This document shows, piece after piece, positions 19,194 through 28,660 of a stretch of 64,000 nt of DNA. Below the pieces are notes generated by a model. The model did no database searches. It had not been told where the DNA came from and saw only the letters and a program-made list of their open reading frames with translations. The stretch lies in IMG/VR virus record IMGVR_UViG_3300049744_000074; one strand, given 5' to 3'. Every line of letters begins with the position of its first letter. Position 1 is the first letter of the stretch. The translations under genes and the position numbers were made by a program. The stretch comes from an uncultured virus (IMG/VR IMGVR_UViG_3300049744_000074) (Duplodnaviria; Heunggongvirae; Uroviricota; Caudoviricetes).

Positions 19194-20693
19194 ATGCTCA
19201 AACTCTGGCCCTTTGGATCACGCCGTCGTAAGCAGCAACTTGCTGAAGCGTGGTCGCTGTCATTGCCGCTGATGAACTTTTCGCGAGACGACACCTGGAC
19301 CATCGGAAACGCGTGCGAGGGGACGCTGGTGCTGGGCGCGACGGGATCGGGCAAGTCCAGCGGCAGCGGACGGCAGATAGCCTTGTCGTTCCTGCAAAGC
19401 GGCTTCGGCGGGATCGTTTTGACGGCCAAAGCCGAAGAACGAGGGCTATGGGAAAATTATGCGGAAGTCGCGGGACGATTGAATGATTTGATTTGTTTCG
19501 GGCCGGGCGACCCGTGGCGTTTCAATTTTTTGGACTCAGAACTTCGCTTCCGCACCTCCGTGCTGCTCACGGACAATATCGTCAGCTACTTCATGACTGT
19601 CGTGGAAATTGCCGAGCGGGGACAAGGGCAGGGTGGCGGTCGGGAAGACGAGGGCTACTGGCGGAAGGCACTAAAGCAGCTCTTAAGAAACGCCGTCGAT
19701 CTGCTCGTGTTCGCCACCGGAAGCGTGTCGGTGCCTGAACTCTATCGCATTGTGATTAGTGCGGCCAAGAGTCTGGAAAAAGCTGGTAGCGAAGAATGGA
19801 AAGCGTCCTCGTTCTGTTATCAGTGCCTGGGCAAGGCGGATAAGGCATCGAAGTCGGCGTCTCAGAAATCCGATTTCGGAATCGTGGCCGACTACTTCCT
19901 ATTGGAGTTCCCCGCTCTGTCGGAAAAGACTCGGTCGGTCATCGTTTCGACGTTCACCTCCTGCATTGATGTTCTCAATCGTGGTGTGCTGCGTGAATTA
20001 TTTTGCACCACCACCAATCTGACGCCCAACGCGACCGAAGAGGGCAAGATCATTCTGATCGATCTGTCAGTGAAAGAATTTCGGGAAGTCGGCCAGTTCG
20101 CTCAAGTGCTCTGGAAGTACGCATTTCAACGCTCCATCGAACGCCGCGATGTGCGGGCGAATCCTCGGCCCGTGTTCCTGTGGGCTGATGAGGCTCAAAA
20201 TTTTCTCACGTCCTATGACTTTCAATTCCAGACCACGTGCCGATCATCCCGCGTGGCGGTCGTTCTCCTGAGTCAGAATATTTCCAACTTCTATGCCGCA
20301 CTCGGCGGCAATGAAAAGGCTCGCGTCGAAACGGATTCCTTGGCTGGCAACCTAAATACGAAAATTTTGCACGCCAATGGAGACGCCGTCAGCAATGAGT
20401 GGGCATCGCGGATGATCGGTCGGTGCCGCCAGTTCTTCATGAACTCTAATAATTCCGAACAGCAGCCCGACAACGAAATGGCTTACTGGCTTGGCTTCAA
20501 TCAACCCGGACAGAACAGTGCGGGCCTCAGCGAGCAATACGAGTTTGAGGTTCAGCCGTCGGTATTTACGACTCTCCGCACAGGTGGCCTGCAACACAAG
20601 GGCCTCATCGATGCAATAGTCTTTCAGAACGGGAAGCGGTTTCGGGCGTCGGGCCGGACGTGGCTACAAACCACTTTCCAGCAGCAGTTTTGA
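19194..20693 (+). CDS. Coupling-protein-type (TraD/VirD4-like) P-loop ATPase
   Basis: LGATGSGKS Walker A, WADEAQNF Walker B, LSQN and NLNTKI. Confidence 0.8.
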   Translation: MLKLWPFGSRRRKQQLAEAWSLSLPLMNFSRDDTWTIGNACEGTLVLGATGSGKSSGSGRQIALSFLQSGFGGIVLTAKAEERGLWENYAEVAGRLNDLICFGPGDPWRFNFLDSELRFRTSVLLTDNIVSYFMTVVEIAERGQGQGGGREDEGYWRKALKQLLRNAVDLLVFATGSVSVPELYRIVISAAKSLEKAGSEEWKASSFCYQCLGKADKASKSASQKSDFGIVADYFLLEFPALSEKTRSVIVSTFTSCIDVLNRGVLRELFCTTTNLTPNATEEGKIILIDLSVKEFREVGQFAQVLWKYAFQRSIERRDVRANPRPVFLWADEAQNFLTSYDFQFQTTCRSSRVAVVLLSQNISNFYAALGGNEKARVETDSLAGNLNTKILHANGDAVSNEWASRMIGRCRQFFMNSNNSEQQPDNEMAYWLGFNQPGQNSAGLSEQYEFEVQPSVFTTLRTGGLQHKGLIDAIVFQNGKRFRASGRTWLQTTFQQQF

Positions 20694-20783
20694 CTTTCGG
20701 GTTTCAGATGTGAATTCGCGGCGGCGGCGTACCCCTCGTGTGAGCGGTGCGCCCCCGCTGCACCCAAATACAGGAGTCGCAAG

Positions 20784-21377
20784 ATGCAGGAACAAGAACA
20801 ATCAGAGCAACAGGGAGGCAAGGGCAATGGCGTTGGTTTCAATATCGTCGTGCTGGTGCTTCGCTCCATCGCGGTCACCGTAGAAGTATTTTTGCACCGT
20901 CGCTTCGGATCACGCTACGTTGGCCTCCAAGGTGCCTTGGGCATCATCATGATTCTGTTGTTCGCCGCGATCATTCCGGCACCGGGCACGTGGGGCCTGA
21001 TCCTGTTTCTCTTTGCCTATCTAAAGGCGTGCCTGTACGCACGGGCCGGTGTCCTGTGGCGGAAACTCCACGGGCAGGAATTCGACCACACGCTCTATTC
21101 CGGCATGCCCTACCTGATGAAGGTGCTGCCCCGCTGGAACGAGCTGACCGTCAAGCGGTTCGTGGAACCGGCCCTCGTGTTCCTTGTGGGCTGTGCCATC
21201 GCTCATTTCATTCCCGCCCTCGCTCTCTATCTGTTCATGGCGGCAGGAGCACTGTTCATGACCGTCAACCAAGCCGAAGCGAATGAGCGTCGGCGTGCCG
21301 AAACCATGCGGGATTCAATGATCGAAGCCCAGCAGCGGGCGGAACGTGTCCGCTCGATGTGGAATCACCGCAATTAA
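20784..21377 (+). CDS. Membrane protein associated with the coupling ATPase
   Basis: Four hydrophobic segments; FGSRY and YSG.P motifs; AGGAG RBS. Confidence 0.7.
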   Translation: MQEQEQSEQQGGKGNGVGFNIVVLVLRSIAVTVEVFLHRRFGSRYVGLQGALGIIMILLFAAIIPAPGTWGLILFLFAYLKACLYARAGVLWRKLHGQEFDHTLYSGMPYLMKVLPRWNELTVKRFVEPALVFLVGCAIAHFIPALALYLFMAAGALFMTVNQAEANERRRAETMRDSMIEAQQRAERVRSMWNHRN

Positions 21378-21407
21378 GTCGGGCGTCCCTTTCATAAGGA
21401 GTCGTGT

Positions 21408-21662
21408 ATGGCAAAGAAGTTTGGAACGGATTTCGCCAAAGACATGCTGGATCGCGGCAGACGCGAACTTGGTGGCGCGTTGTTCACCGATTCCAACGTG
21501 GCACAACCGATGTACCCGCTTCACGCTAGGGACTCGGCTAAAGAAGCGGAGCCGCCGACTGTGCAAGAGGAAAAAGGTTCGATCCTCGAAAGTCGGATGA
21601 AGGAAGTCGAAGCGTCCAAGGAAGATCCCGGTCGGGAGGACCGGGGAATGGACCGCGAGTGA
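21408..21662 (+). CDS. Hypothetical protein
   Basis: AAGGAG RBS; ..EDRGMDRE tail; followed by a terminator hairpin at about 21679-21712. Confidence 0.65.
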   Translation: MAKKFGTDFAKDMLDRGRRELGGALFTDSNVAQPMYPLHARDSAKEAEPPTVQEEKGSILESRMKEVEASKEDPGREDRGMDRE

Positions 21663-21746
21663 TTTGGCGTCGGTTTAAGCAGGCGGGGCGGACGGCCCCG
21701 CCTGCCTTTTTTGTCTTGCGATGCGTTTTTACAGTGCGAGGTTTCA

Positions 21747-22025
21747 ATGAAGAGGATTTTGATCGACAGAGGGGGGATTCTTTTTGTGCTGCTGATGGCG
21801 GGGATCGCCGCGTTTTATATCTACGACAGTGCCCACCCCGAACTGTGGGGCGATTTTAAGCACAATCCATGCATCTATGGTCCATTGGCTCTGGTGGTGG
21901 CAGTGGTGGGAGTGGGCATCTTCATCTCCGGTGAACGTATGGAGAGACGCCATGAGCGATTCATGGAATCCCACAAACGCAAAATGCAAGAGTTGGAAGC
22001 CCTCCGAAAAATGAACAGAAAGTGA
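21747..22025 (+). CDS. Small two-TM membrane protein
   Basis: GAGG RBS, two hydrophobic segments and a downstream terminator at about 22033-22077. Confidence 0.6.
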   Translation: MKRILIDRGGILFVLLMAGIAAFYIYDSAHPELWGDFKHNPCIYGPLALVVAVVGVGIFISGERMERRHERFMESHKRKMQELEALRKMNRK

Positions 22026-22076
22026 GGTACGCGGGCGTGTGGCGGTAAAATTTCGTGCCGCCCACGCCCCTTTTTT

Positions 22077-22292
22077 ATGCTCATCCCGCCTGACCATTCT
22101 CCCGATCACTGCGATGCGGCTCAAACACCTCAGCCGGTTGCCGTGCCGCATTGGGTCACGGATGATCTGATTCGCCGGACGCTGGAAATCTGGAATCCTC
22201 GCTATGGCTTCACGCTCACGCGTGACGATGCCATTGCGATGATCCTCAACGTGAGTCGATTGTACGGCGTGCTAAAGAATGCCGGGGCGTAA
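22077..22292 (+). CDS. Small hypothetical protein upstream of the recombinase
   Basis: PHWVTDDLIRRTLEIWNPRYG..LT.DDA..M; position suggests a recombination accessory factor (inference). Confidence 0.55.
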   Translation: MLIPPDHSPDHCDAAQTPQPVAVPHWVTDDLIRRTLEIWNPRYGFTLTRDDAIAMILNVSRLYGVLKNAGA

Positions 22293-22475
22293 GGGGATAA
22301 CTCCCGCACAGGTCACGCGGCCCTTCGGGCCGACGATTGCACAACACTCGTCTATGCAGGACTTTCAATAATTTTCAAAAATCTGACCGGAATTAATTCG
22401 CGCGCCGCTCGGTGCGGCGGTAAAATTGTCCGTTGTAAGTCGGGAAAGTCAGGCACTTACTACGGAGAGTAAATC

Positions 22476-23966
22476 ATGAAACGCTTCGTCGCTTTGGCCC
22501 GCGTCTCCAGCCGCGAACAGGAACGGGAGGGCTTCTCGCTGGAAGTCCAGGAAGACGCACTTAAGCGTTACGCCATCCAAAATGGCGGCGAACTCGTCCG
22601 TCTGTTCCGCGTGGCCGAAACGGCAAGCAAATCAGACGAGCGGAAAACATTCAAAGAAATGATCATCTATGCAAAGAAGCACGCCCTCGAACTCGATGGG
22701 ATGCTTTTCTACAAGGTGGATCGGGCCTGTCGTAATATTTTCGATATGGTGGAGTTGGAACGGCTCGAATCGGAACACAACGTGCCGTTCATCTCCGTTT
22801 CGCAACCCACTGAGAGCAATCCTGCGGGCCGTATGATGCGGCGGACGCTGGCGAATATGGCCAGCTACTACACCGAACAGCAAAGCCTCGATGTCAGAGA
22901 GGGCCTTGCACGGCGCGTGCAAGAGGGATGGTTCGTTGGCCATGCTCCTTACGGCTACAAAAACATCCGCAAGGATGGCCGGGGCCTCGTGGTCCTCGAT
23001 CCCATTCCTGCCGCGAACGTGCGGCGGATGTTCCATCTGTTCGCCTATGAACCGCTCACGCTCGATGCCGTGGTGGAACGTCTGCACACCGAAGGCTTGT
23101 CCTTCCGCACGTCCACCCCGCGATTTCCGAAAAGCTCAGTGCACAACATCCTTACCGACCGGGCATACATTGGCGAGATTGAATTCCGGGGTCAGTGGTA
23201 TCCCGGCAAACATGAACCGTTGATTGATCGGAGTACCTGGGACCGGGTTCAAGCCCTCTTGGGCGGGCACGTCTATCACTCGCATCAAATGACCTATGCG
23301 GGCGAGTTCATCACCTGCTCCCACTGCGGGCACCCGATCACCGGCGAGCGGAAAACCAAGAAAACCAAAACAGGCGAACGGCATTATGTGTACTACCGCT
23401 GCGGGTATTACAACGTTGGTGGCCACGCCCGCACCCGCGTCACCGAAGCCGATCTGGATCGGCAAGTCCTGGCGGTCTTTGATCGCATCCGTATTCAGGA
23501 CGCCGACGTGCGGGAATGGTTCCGGGAAGTGCTGCGGTCGCAAACACGCGATTCGCAACAGGAATCCCTCGCTCAACGGGAGGAACTGCTTCGCCAGCAA
23601 TCGCTGGTCATCGGACAACAGGATCGCTTGGTCAATATGCGGATGGACAACCTAATCGACGATGCGACGTTCGCCCGCAAAAGCACGGAACTGCGAGATA
23701 AGCTCGCGGGAGTCAAGCTGCAATTGGATGTGATCGACCGCTCCCACGACGAAACCGCCGAACTTGCGGTCAAGGTTTTTGAACTTTCTCAAACCCTGCG
23801 GGAGCAATGGCTTAACGCCGACTACGCCGCTAAACGCCGGATTCTCGAAATCGTCTTTTTGAACTGCCGCCTCGATGACGTAACTCTTGTGCCCACAATA
23901 AGAAAGCCCTTCGATGTGCTCACCGAAGGGCTTCTTACTAAAACAAATCGGGGCGACAGGATTTGA
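22476..23966 (+). CDS. Large serine recombinase (integrase)
   Basis: ARVSSREQ catalytic serine, YKVDR..RN, PYGY, GKHEPLI and CSHCG...YYRC zinc ribbon; ends RGDRI inside the tRNA fragment. Confidence 0.95.
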   Translation: MKRFVALARVSSREQEREGFSLEVQEDALKRYAIQNGGELVRLFRVAETASKSDERKTFKEMIIYAKKHALELDGMLFYKVDRACRNIFDMVELERLESEHNVPFISVSQPTESNPAGRMMRRTLANMASYYTEQQSLDVREGLARRVQEGWFVGHAPYGYKNIRKDGRGLVVLDPIPAANVRRMFHLFAYEPLTLDAVVERLHTEGLSFRTSTPRFPKSSVHNILTDRAYIGEIEFRGQWYPGKHEPLIDRSTWDRVQALLGGHVYHSHQMTYAGEFITCSHCGHPITGERKTKKTKTGERHYVYYRCGYYNVGGHARTRVTEADLDRQVLAVFDRIRIQDADVREWFREVLRSQTRDSQQESLAQREELLRQQSLVIGQQDRLVNMRMDNLIDDATFARKSTELRDKLAGVKLQLDVIDRSHDETAELAVKVFELSQTLREQWLNADYAAKRRILEIVFLNCRLDDVTLVPTIRKPFDVLTEGLLTKTNRGDRI

Positions 23967-23993
23967 ACCTGCGACCCCCAGACCCCCAGTCTG
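23948..23993 (-). tRNA. 3' fragment of tRNA-Pro(GGG): anticodon arm to acceptor strand; att site
   Basis: Minus strand CAGA-CTGGGGG-TCTGG-GGGTC-GCAGGTTCAAATCCTGT-CGCCCCGA; the 5' half and D arm are absent. Confidence 0.9.
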
Positions 23994-24182
23994 CATTCTG
24001 AAAACGGTATGTGTCGCTGGATTCTCACTTTGCGTGCTCCTTAAAAATGCTGGTCACACCGGCGCAACACTTTTTATTCTTGATTGCTGGGCTGAGTAAA
24101 GCTACCCTCCGGCTCAGCCATTGTATGCGCGTCGGCGGTCGCTTTAAACATCCCCGCCCCGCCGCGTGCGGTGTGTCGGCTC

Positions 24183-24872
24183 ATGGACGGAGCACCGGTG
24201 TCAAGGACGAGACAGACCCGCAGGGCGGCGGGGTGGGACTTAGAGCGCGTGCAGCCGGTTTGCGAATCTGTGGCCCGCTGCACCTTGCGGACCTTCCGCG
24301 GGCTGCGGGCGTTCGACCTCGACGACCTGATCTCTGAGAGCATCCGCATCAGCCTGGAAGAGCACGGGGATTTTCGCGAGGGGGGCATGGCCTACGAGCG
24401 GTGGCTCTGGCGGCGGGTGCGCTCCCGGCTGCTCGACCTGTTCCGGTCGGCCGCCGAGGACCTCTCCAGGAGCAGGGCCCTGGCGCGGGCTGCGGCCGCC
24501 GAGGATTTCGAGTTGCTCGCGGTCCAGTTTGGGATGCATTTTGGAGGTGTTTCCATGGTGGACGTTTCGCTGGTCGATGTGTTCCCCCACAAGCTGGGCG
24601 CGGCAGTCGTCGGCCAGCTGGTGAGCGGGGATTTCCGGGCGCCGGTTCTCGTGTGGGTGGGCCGGTGCCGCGCGGAGTACCTCCGCAGCAAGAGCGTAGG
24701 CACGGAACTGCGGCGAGCGCTTGCGGATGCGGCGGCCGTGCTGGTGGGGAAATTTCCCGCGGGCACGGCCGATGGGCCGTCGATCGTCGAGGCGGTGCTG
24801 CCGCAGCTGTCGGCCAAGCTCGAGGAGCTGGGCGTGATGGCGTCGGTGGCGCGGCCGGCGAGGGGCAAGTGA
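24183..24872 (+). CDS. Phage sigma-70 region-2-like regulator
   Basis: DLDDLISES...DFREG...YERWLWRRVRSRLLDLFRS. Confidence 0.5.
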   Translation: MDGAPVSRTRQTRRAAGWDLERVQPVCESVARCTLRTFRGLRAFDLDDLISESIRISLEEHGDFREGGMAYERWLWRRVRSRLLDLFRSAAEDLSRSRALARAAAAEDFELLAVQFGMHFGGVSMVDVSLVDVFPHKLGAAVVGQLVSGDFRAPVLVWVGRCRAEYLRSKSVGTELRRALADAAAVLVGKFPAGTADGPSIVEAVLPQLSAKLEELGVMASVARPARGK

Positions 24873-24885
24873 AAGGCGCGAGCAC

Positions 24886-25611
24886 GTGAGCAAGAAAAAG
24901 CCAAAATCTGCGCGGTCCCCCCGATCGACAAAACGAGCGCCCAAAAAAACGCGGGCGAAGGCGCCGCCGGCGGAGGCCGCGGCCGCGAAGGAGGAGGCGG
25001 CGCGGGAGAAGGATGCAGACCAGGACCTGCTGGACGTCGAGACCAGGCGGAAAGCGAAGGAGCTCGATCGACTGATGCGGGGAATGACGGTAAGCCCCTT
25101 CCGCCGGCTGCTGGCGTCGGCGCTGAAGCCCAGCACCGCGCGCAATCGCGATGGCGGGTGGCGCGAGCGGTTCCTGGAGGCCCTGGCGGCGACCTGCAAC
25201 GTCACGGTGGCCTGCAAGGTCGCCGGCGTCGACCGCACGACCGTGTACATGCACAAGGAGAAGGATCCGGAGTTCGACGCGGCCTGGCAGAAGGCGCTGG
25301 AGACGGCCATCGAGCTCATGGAAGCGGAGATGCACCGCCGGGCGTTCGAGGGGACGCTGCGCCCGGTCTTCCAGGGGGGCGAGCTGGCGGGCGTAGTCAC
25401 CGAGTATTCGGACACCCTGGCGATCTTCCTTGCCAAGGCGCACCGGCCGGAGAAGTACCGCGAGAGGATCAGTGTGAAGGATGAAAGCCCCCGACGCCCC
25501 ATCAACGCAGCTGCGGTCGCAAATGCAATCGCTGGTTTCCTGGGTGAGGTCGAACAAGGAACGCCTGGAGAAGGATCCGGCGCTGGCGGCCAAGGCCCAG
25601 GCGCTGATTGA
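24886..25611 (+). CDS. Terminase small subunit
   Basis: ERFLEALAATCNVTVACKVAGVDRTTVY...DPEFDAAW...YSDTLAIFLAKAHRPEKYRE. Confidence 0.8.
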   Translation: MSKKKPKSARSPRSTKRAPKKTRAKAPPAEAAAAKEEAAREKDADQDLLDVETRRKAKELDRLMRGMTVSPFRRLLASALKPSTARNRDGGWRERFLEALAATCNVTVACKVAGVDRTTVYMHKEKDPEFDAAWQKALETAIELMEAEMHRRAFEGTLRPVFQGGELAGVVTEYSDTLAIFLAKAHRPEKYRERISVKDESPRRPINAAAVANAIAGFLGEVEQGTPGEGSGAGGQGPGAD

Positions 25612-26956
25612 CCAGCTGGTCGCGTACCGCATCGAGCTCAAGGAGGCCCGGGCCAGCGACAAGCAGCTGGCGTTCCAGGAAGATTTCTTCGCCCGCCGGC
25701 ACCGCACCTACGCGGCGCTGGGCGGCAACCGGTCGGGCAAGTCGATCGTCGCCGGCGTGATGTGCTTCGCCAAGTGGATCCGGGACGTGGCGGCCGACGG
25801 CGATGTCTACTGGTGCAGCGCCCCGACCAGCGAGAAGAGCCTCGGCCAGCAGAAGCTGCTCTGGGAGACTCTGCCGCGGTGGATGTTCGGCAAATTCTCC
25901 TTTGACAACAAGAACGGATTCGACGGCCAGCGGCCGATCGTCACGATGCAGCTGCCCAACGACCGCGGCCGCTGCGTCATTAACTTCAAGAACTCCGAGC
26001 AGTCCGCCTCCACCTACGAGCAGGATGCCATCAATGGCGTCTGGGCCGACGAGGCCCTGCCCTATGAATACTTCCAGCGGCTAATCCCGCGCTGCATCGA
26101 CCGCCGCGGGTGGATCCTCTACTCCGACATCCCAGAGCAGGACTGGCATTACCTGGAACTGTTCAACGCGCCCAAGGAGGCGCTGGTCTACTGCCAGGTC
26201 TTCGCCATGCACGACAACGCCGCCAACCTGCCGGAGGGGGAGATCGAGCTGGCCAGCGCCCGCATGAGCGATGACGAACGGCAGATGCGCATCTTCGGGA
26301 AGTTCCGCCGGCTCTCGGGCGTGGTGTTCCGGGAATACGACCGCAGCCGGCACCGCATCCCGCCTTTCAAGATCCCCAGCGTGGGCCCGTATCCGTCCGA
26401 GACCAACTGGCCGCGGTGGCGCATGCTCGACTACGGCGGATCCAGCCCGACCGCGTGCTCCTGGTTGACCATCGCACCGAATGAGCGGGCGTATGTGTAT
26501 CGGGAGTACTACCAGCGGTATGGCAACGTGAAGAGCCACGCCGCGGCGATCAAGGAGATGAGCATCGGCGTCGATGGAAAGCCGGAGCAATACGTGCAGA
26601 ACTTCCTGGATCCGCACGCCTGGGACACCTCGCCGGCGAACGATCTCAACATCGCCGCGCAGTACGCGCTCGAGGGCCTGGAGTTTCATCCGTGGCCGTA
26701 CATGAACGTCTTCGGCGAGCGGGCCGCGGTGGAAATCCTCAAGCGGCGCTTTGAGGTCGACCAGCTCATGGTCTTCAATCACTGCATCGAATTGGACCGC
26801 GAGCTGGGGCGCTGGAAATACAACCTCGATAAGAACGGCAACCCGGTCGCCGGCGACACCTACGAGAAGGCCAACAATCACCTGATCGACGGGATTAAGG
26901 GGCTCTTTGCCACGCGGCCGGCGTTCGCCATTTCCGAGATCCGGAGACGGCGATGA
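25481..26956 (+). CDS. Terminase large subunit
   Basis: GGNRSGKS Walker A, VWADE Walker B, LDYG nuclease motif and NHLID. Confidence 0.92.
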   Translation: MKAPDAPSTQLRSQMQSLVSWVRSNKERLEKDPALAAKAQALIDQLVAYRIELKEARASDKQLAFQEDFFARRHRTYAALGGNRSGKSIVAGVMCFAKWIRDVAADGDVYWCSAPTSEKSLGQQKLLWETLPRWMFGKFSFDNKNGFDGQRPIVTMQLPNDRGRCVINFKNSEQSASTYEQDAINGVWADEALPYEYFQRLIPRCIDRRGWILYSDIPEQDWHYLELFNAPKEALVYCQVFAMHDNAANLPEGEIELASARMSDDERQMRIFGKFRRLSGVVFREYDRSRHRIPPFKIPSVGPYPSETNWPRWRMLDYGGSSPTACSWLTIAPNERAYVYREYYQRYGNVKSHAAAIKEMSIGVDGKPEQYVQNFLDPHAWDTSPANDLNIAAQYALEGLEFHPWPYMNVFGERAAVEILKRRFEVDQLMVFNHCIELDRELGRWKYNLDKNGNPVAGDTYEKANNHLIDGIKGLFATRPAFAISEIRRRR

Positions 26957-27222
26957 ATCCGCTCGAGGAGGTCCGGGATCTGGGGCGGGCGCTGGCGATC
27001 GCGGCCGAGGGGGGGGAGTCTGCCGGCGTCGATTGGCGGGCGCTGGTGGCCGAGTCAATCGACGCCGGCAACGTGGCCCGCTGGGCGAAATACTTCGCGC
27101 AGTCCCAGGCAGTGGTGGACGTCGATTGCGAGTCGGTGGCGCGGCCGGAAAAGGCGCGGGCCAGAGCGGCCGCCTGGAAAAATCCGGGGGTCAGCCTCAG
27201 CTCTGCTTCGGATAGTAGGTGA
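26953..27222 (+). CDS. Hypothetical phage protein
   Basis: ATGA coupling with terL. Confidence 0.5.
   Translation: MNPLEEVRDLGRALAIAAEGGESAGVDWRALVAESIDAGNVARWAKYFAQSQAVVDVDCESVARPEKARARAAAWKNPGVSLSSASDSR
27176..27219 (+). promoter_or_regulatory. Putative phage late-promoter motif, copy 1
   Basis: GGAAAAAT-N21-GCTTCGGATAGTAGG, repeated at 45273-45317. Confidence 0.6.
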
Positions 27223-27257
27223 AGCCCAAGAGGTTCCCTTACTTTCAGGAGCAAGCC

Positions 27258-27830
27258 ATGCGTTTCTCTTTCCTCCGGCGATCGCCCGTCGCCCTGGTCG
27301 CCGTCCTCGTCGCCCTCACTGTATTTTTCGCCGCCTCTGTCCCCGTGCGGGCGGCGGCGAGCCCGGACCTGGTCCAGGCTTCCCCGGTTGCCACAAGCAG
27401 CCAGGTGCAGGCCCCGGACCAGGTTCTCCGGGCTGCTCCCCCCATCTCCAGCCACGACACCTCGCATCGCGCCATCGGCGTGCTCTGCGTGCTGGGCGTG
27501 GCGGCCGCCATGCTCTACGCCATGAGCTTTGCGAGCACTACCTGCAACACCAGCGGGGAGTGGGATGTCGCCGGCAACTGGTCCAATGGAGTGCCGACCG
27601 CGTCGCTGTCGGCGATCGTCAGCACCACCGGGGGCATTCCCGTACTTCCGGCGCTGACGTCCGCCGCGGCCGCCCAGGTGTATGGCGGCGGCAAGGTGGG
27701 TCTCTGCGGGGGCAACGTCAACAAGCTCAAGCTCGCCGCCCAGCCGGCCAATCAAACCATCACCTTCTGCTGCGTCGACGTGATGGAGCACAACTCCGCG
27801 AACAGCGACACGCCGCGGGGTCACGGCTGA
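27258..27830 (+). CDS. Signal-peptide/membrane protein
   Basis: AGGAG RBS; N-terminal hydrophobic helix, a second TM and a WDVAGNWSNGVP motif. Confidence 0.6.
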   Translation: MRFSFLRRSPVALVAVLVALTVFFAASVPVRAAASPDLVQASPVATSSQVQAPDQVLRAAPPISSHDTSHRAIGVLCVLGVAAAMLYAMSFASTTCNTSGEWDVAGNWSNGVPTASLSAIVSTTGGIPVLPALTSAAAAQVYGGGKVGLCGGNVNKLKLAAQPANQTITFCCVDVMEHNSANSDTPRGHG

Positions 27831-27833
27831 ACG

Positions 27834-28178
27834 ATGTCGGAGCAGCTGGTCCAACTTCTGACACTGGGCGTCATTCTCGCAGCTTGCGGGATCGCCGCCC
27901 TCGGCGCGGTGGCCATCGGTGCCTGCGTGGCCGCCGCGTCGATCCTCCTGGGGATCCAGGTGGGGGTCCGTACCCGCATGGGCCTCAACCCGATTCCGAC
28001 GATGCCGGAGCTCCGGGGTTTCCTGGAGCGCTACGTCACCGGGCGGGAACAGACGGCCGCGGCCGTCCGCCAGCAGCCCGCGCGCAGCGAAGCGCCGGCC
28101 GCGGCGGCCGCCGGCAAGCAGGACCTGGCGGGGGATGCCAAGAAGGAAGAGGCCGCGCCCAAGGCCCGGTATTTCTAA
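27834..28178 (+). CDS. Small membrane protein
   Basis: Long N-terminal hydrophobic stretch. Confidence 0.6.
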   Translation: MSEQLVQLLTLGVILAACGIAALGAVAIGACVAAASILLGIQVGVRTRMGLNPIPTMPELRGFLERYVTGREQTAAAVRQQPARSEAPAAAAAGKQDLAGDAKKEEAAPKARYF

Positions 28179-28216
28179 CCCCCCCACCCCCATCCCCTTT
28201 TTTCGAGGATTCGCGA

Positions 28217-28636
28217 GTGATTCGATCCCTGCAAGAAACAAAGGGCGGCCTTGGCCGCCTCACCCTGCGGCCGGAGAGCAACGAGGAGATCGCCGAGCTG
28301 GCGCGCGTCTGCCCGCGCGAGGTGCCCAAGGGCGTCCGCTGCCGGCACCAGTGGGAAGGTGATCACCTGCACCTGATCTCCGAGATCGACCCCGACTACG
28401 TGCCCGAGCCCGAGACGACCACGCCGCGCACCGACAGCAACCTGATCATCCCGCCGCCCTCCATCGAGAAGCTGGTCGACTGGAGCAAGGCCGACCTGCT
28501 GACCAAGGCCGCGGAGCTGGGGCTCGAGGTCGACAAAGACTTCAAGGCCGACGAGGTCAAGGCCTCGCTGGCTCCCAAGATCCGCAACGCCTGGATCGCC
28601 CACAACAAGAAACTGGACGCGGCGCCGCCGAAGTAA
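28217..28636 (+). CDS. Hypothetical phage protein
   Basis: GAGG RBS with GTG start; GC3-rich frame. Confidence 0.6.
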   Translation: MIRSLQETKGGLGRLTLRPESNEEIAELARVCPREVPKGVRCRHQWEGDHLHLISEIDPDYVPEPETTTPRTDSNLIIPPPSIEKLVDWSKADLLTKAAELGLEVDKDFKADEVKASLAPKIRNAWIAHNKKLDAAPPK

Positions 28637-28660
28637 CCGCGCCCGCTGCCTTGAGGAACC

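Larger units (their letters stand above)
1464..23966. mobile_element. Integrative mobilizable element / integrated plasmid at tRNA-Pro; left end uncertain
   Basis: RepA with iterons, parA, ardC, MOBF relaxase, coupling-type ATPase and a terminal serine recombinase ending in a tRNA fragment; no mating-pair (T4SS) genes seen. Confidence 0.85.

Noticed and set aside
25481..25611. terS/terL overlap as a programmed frameshift
   Set aside because: No clear slippery site; terL has its own start options, so a simple overlap suffices
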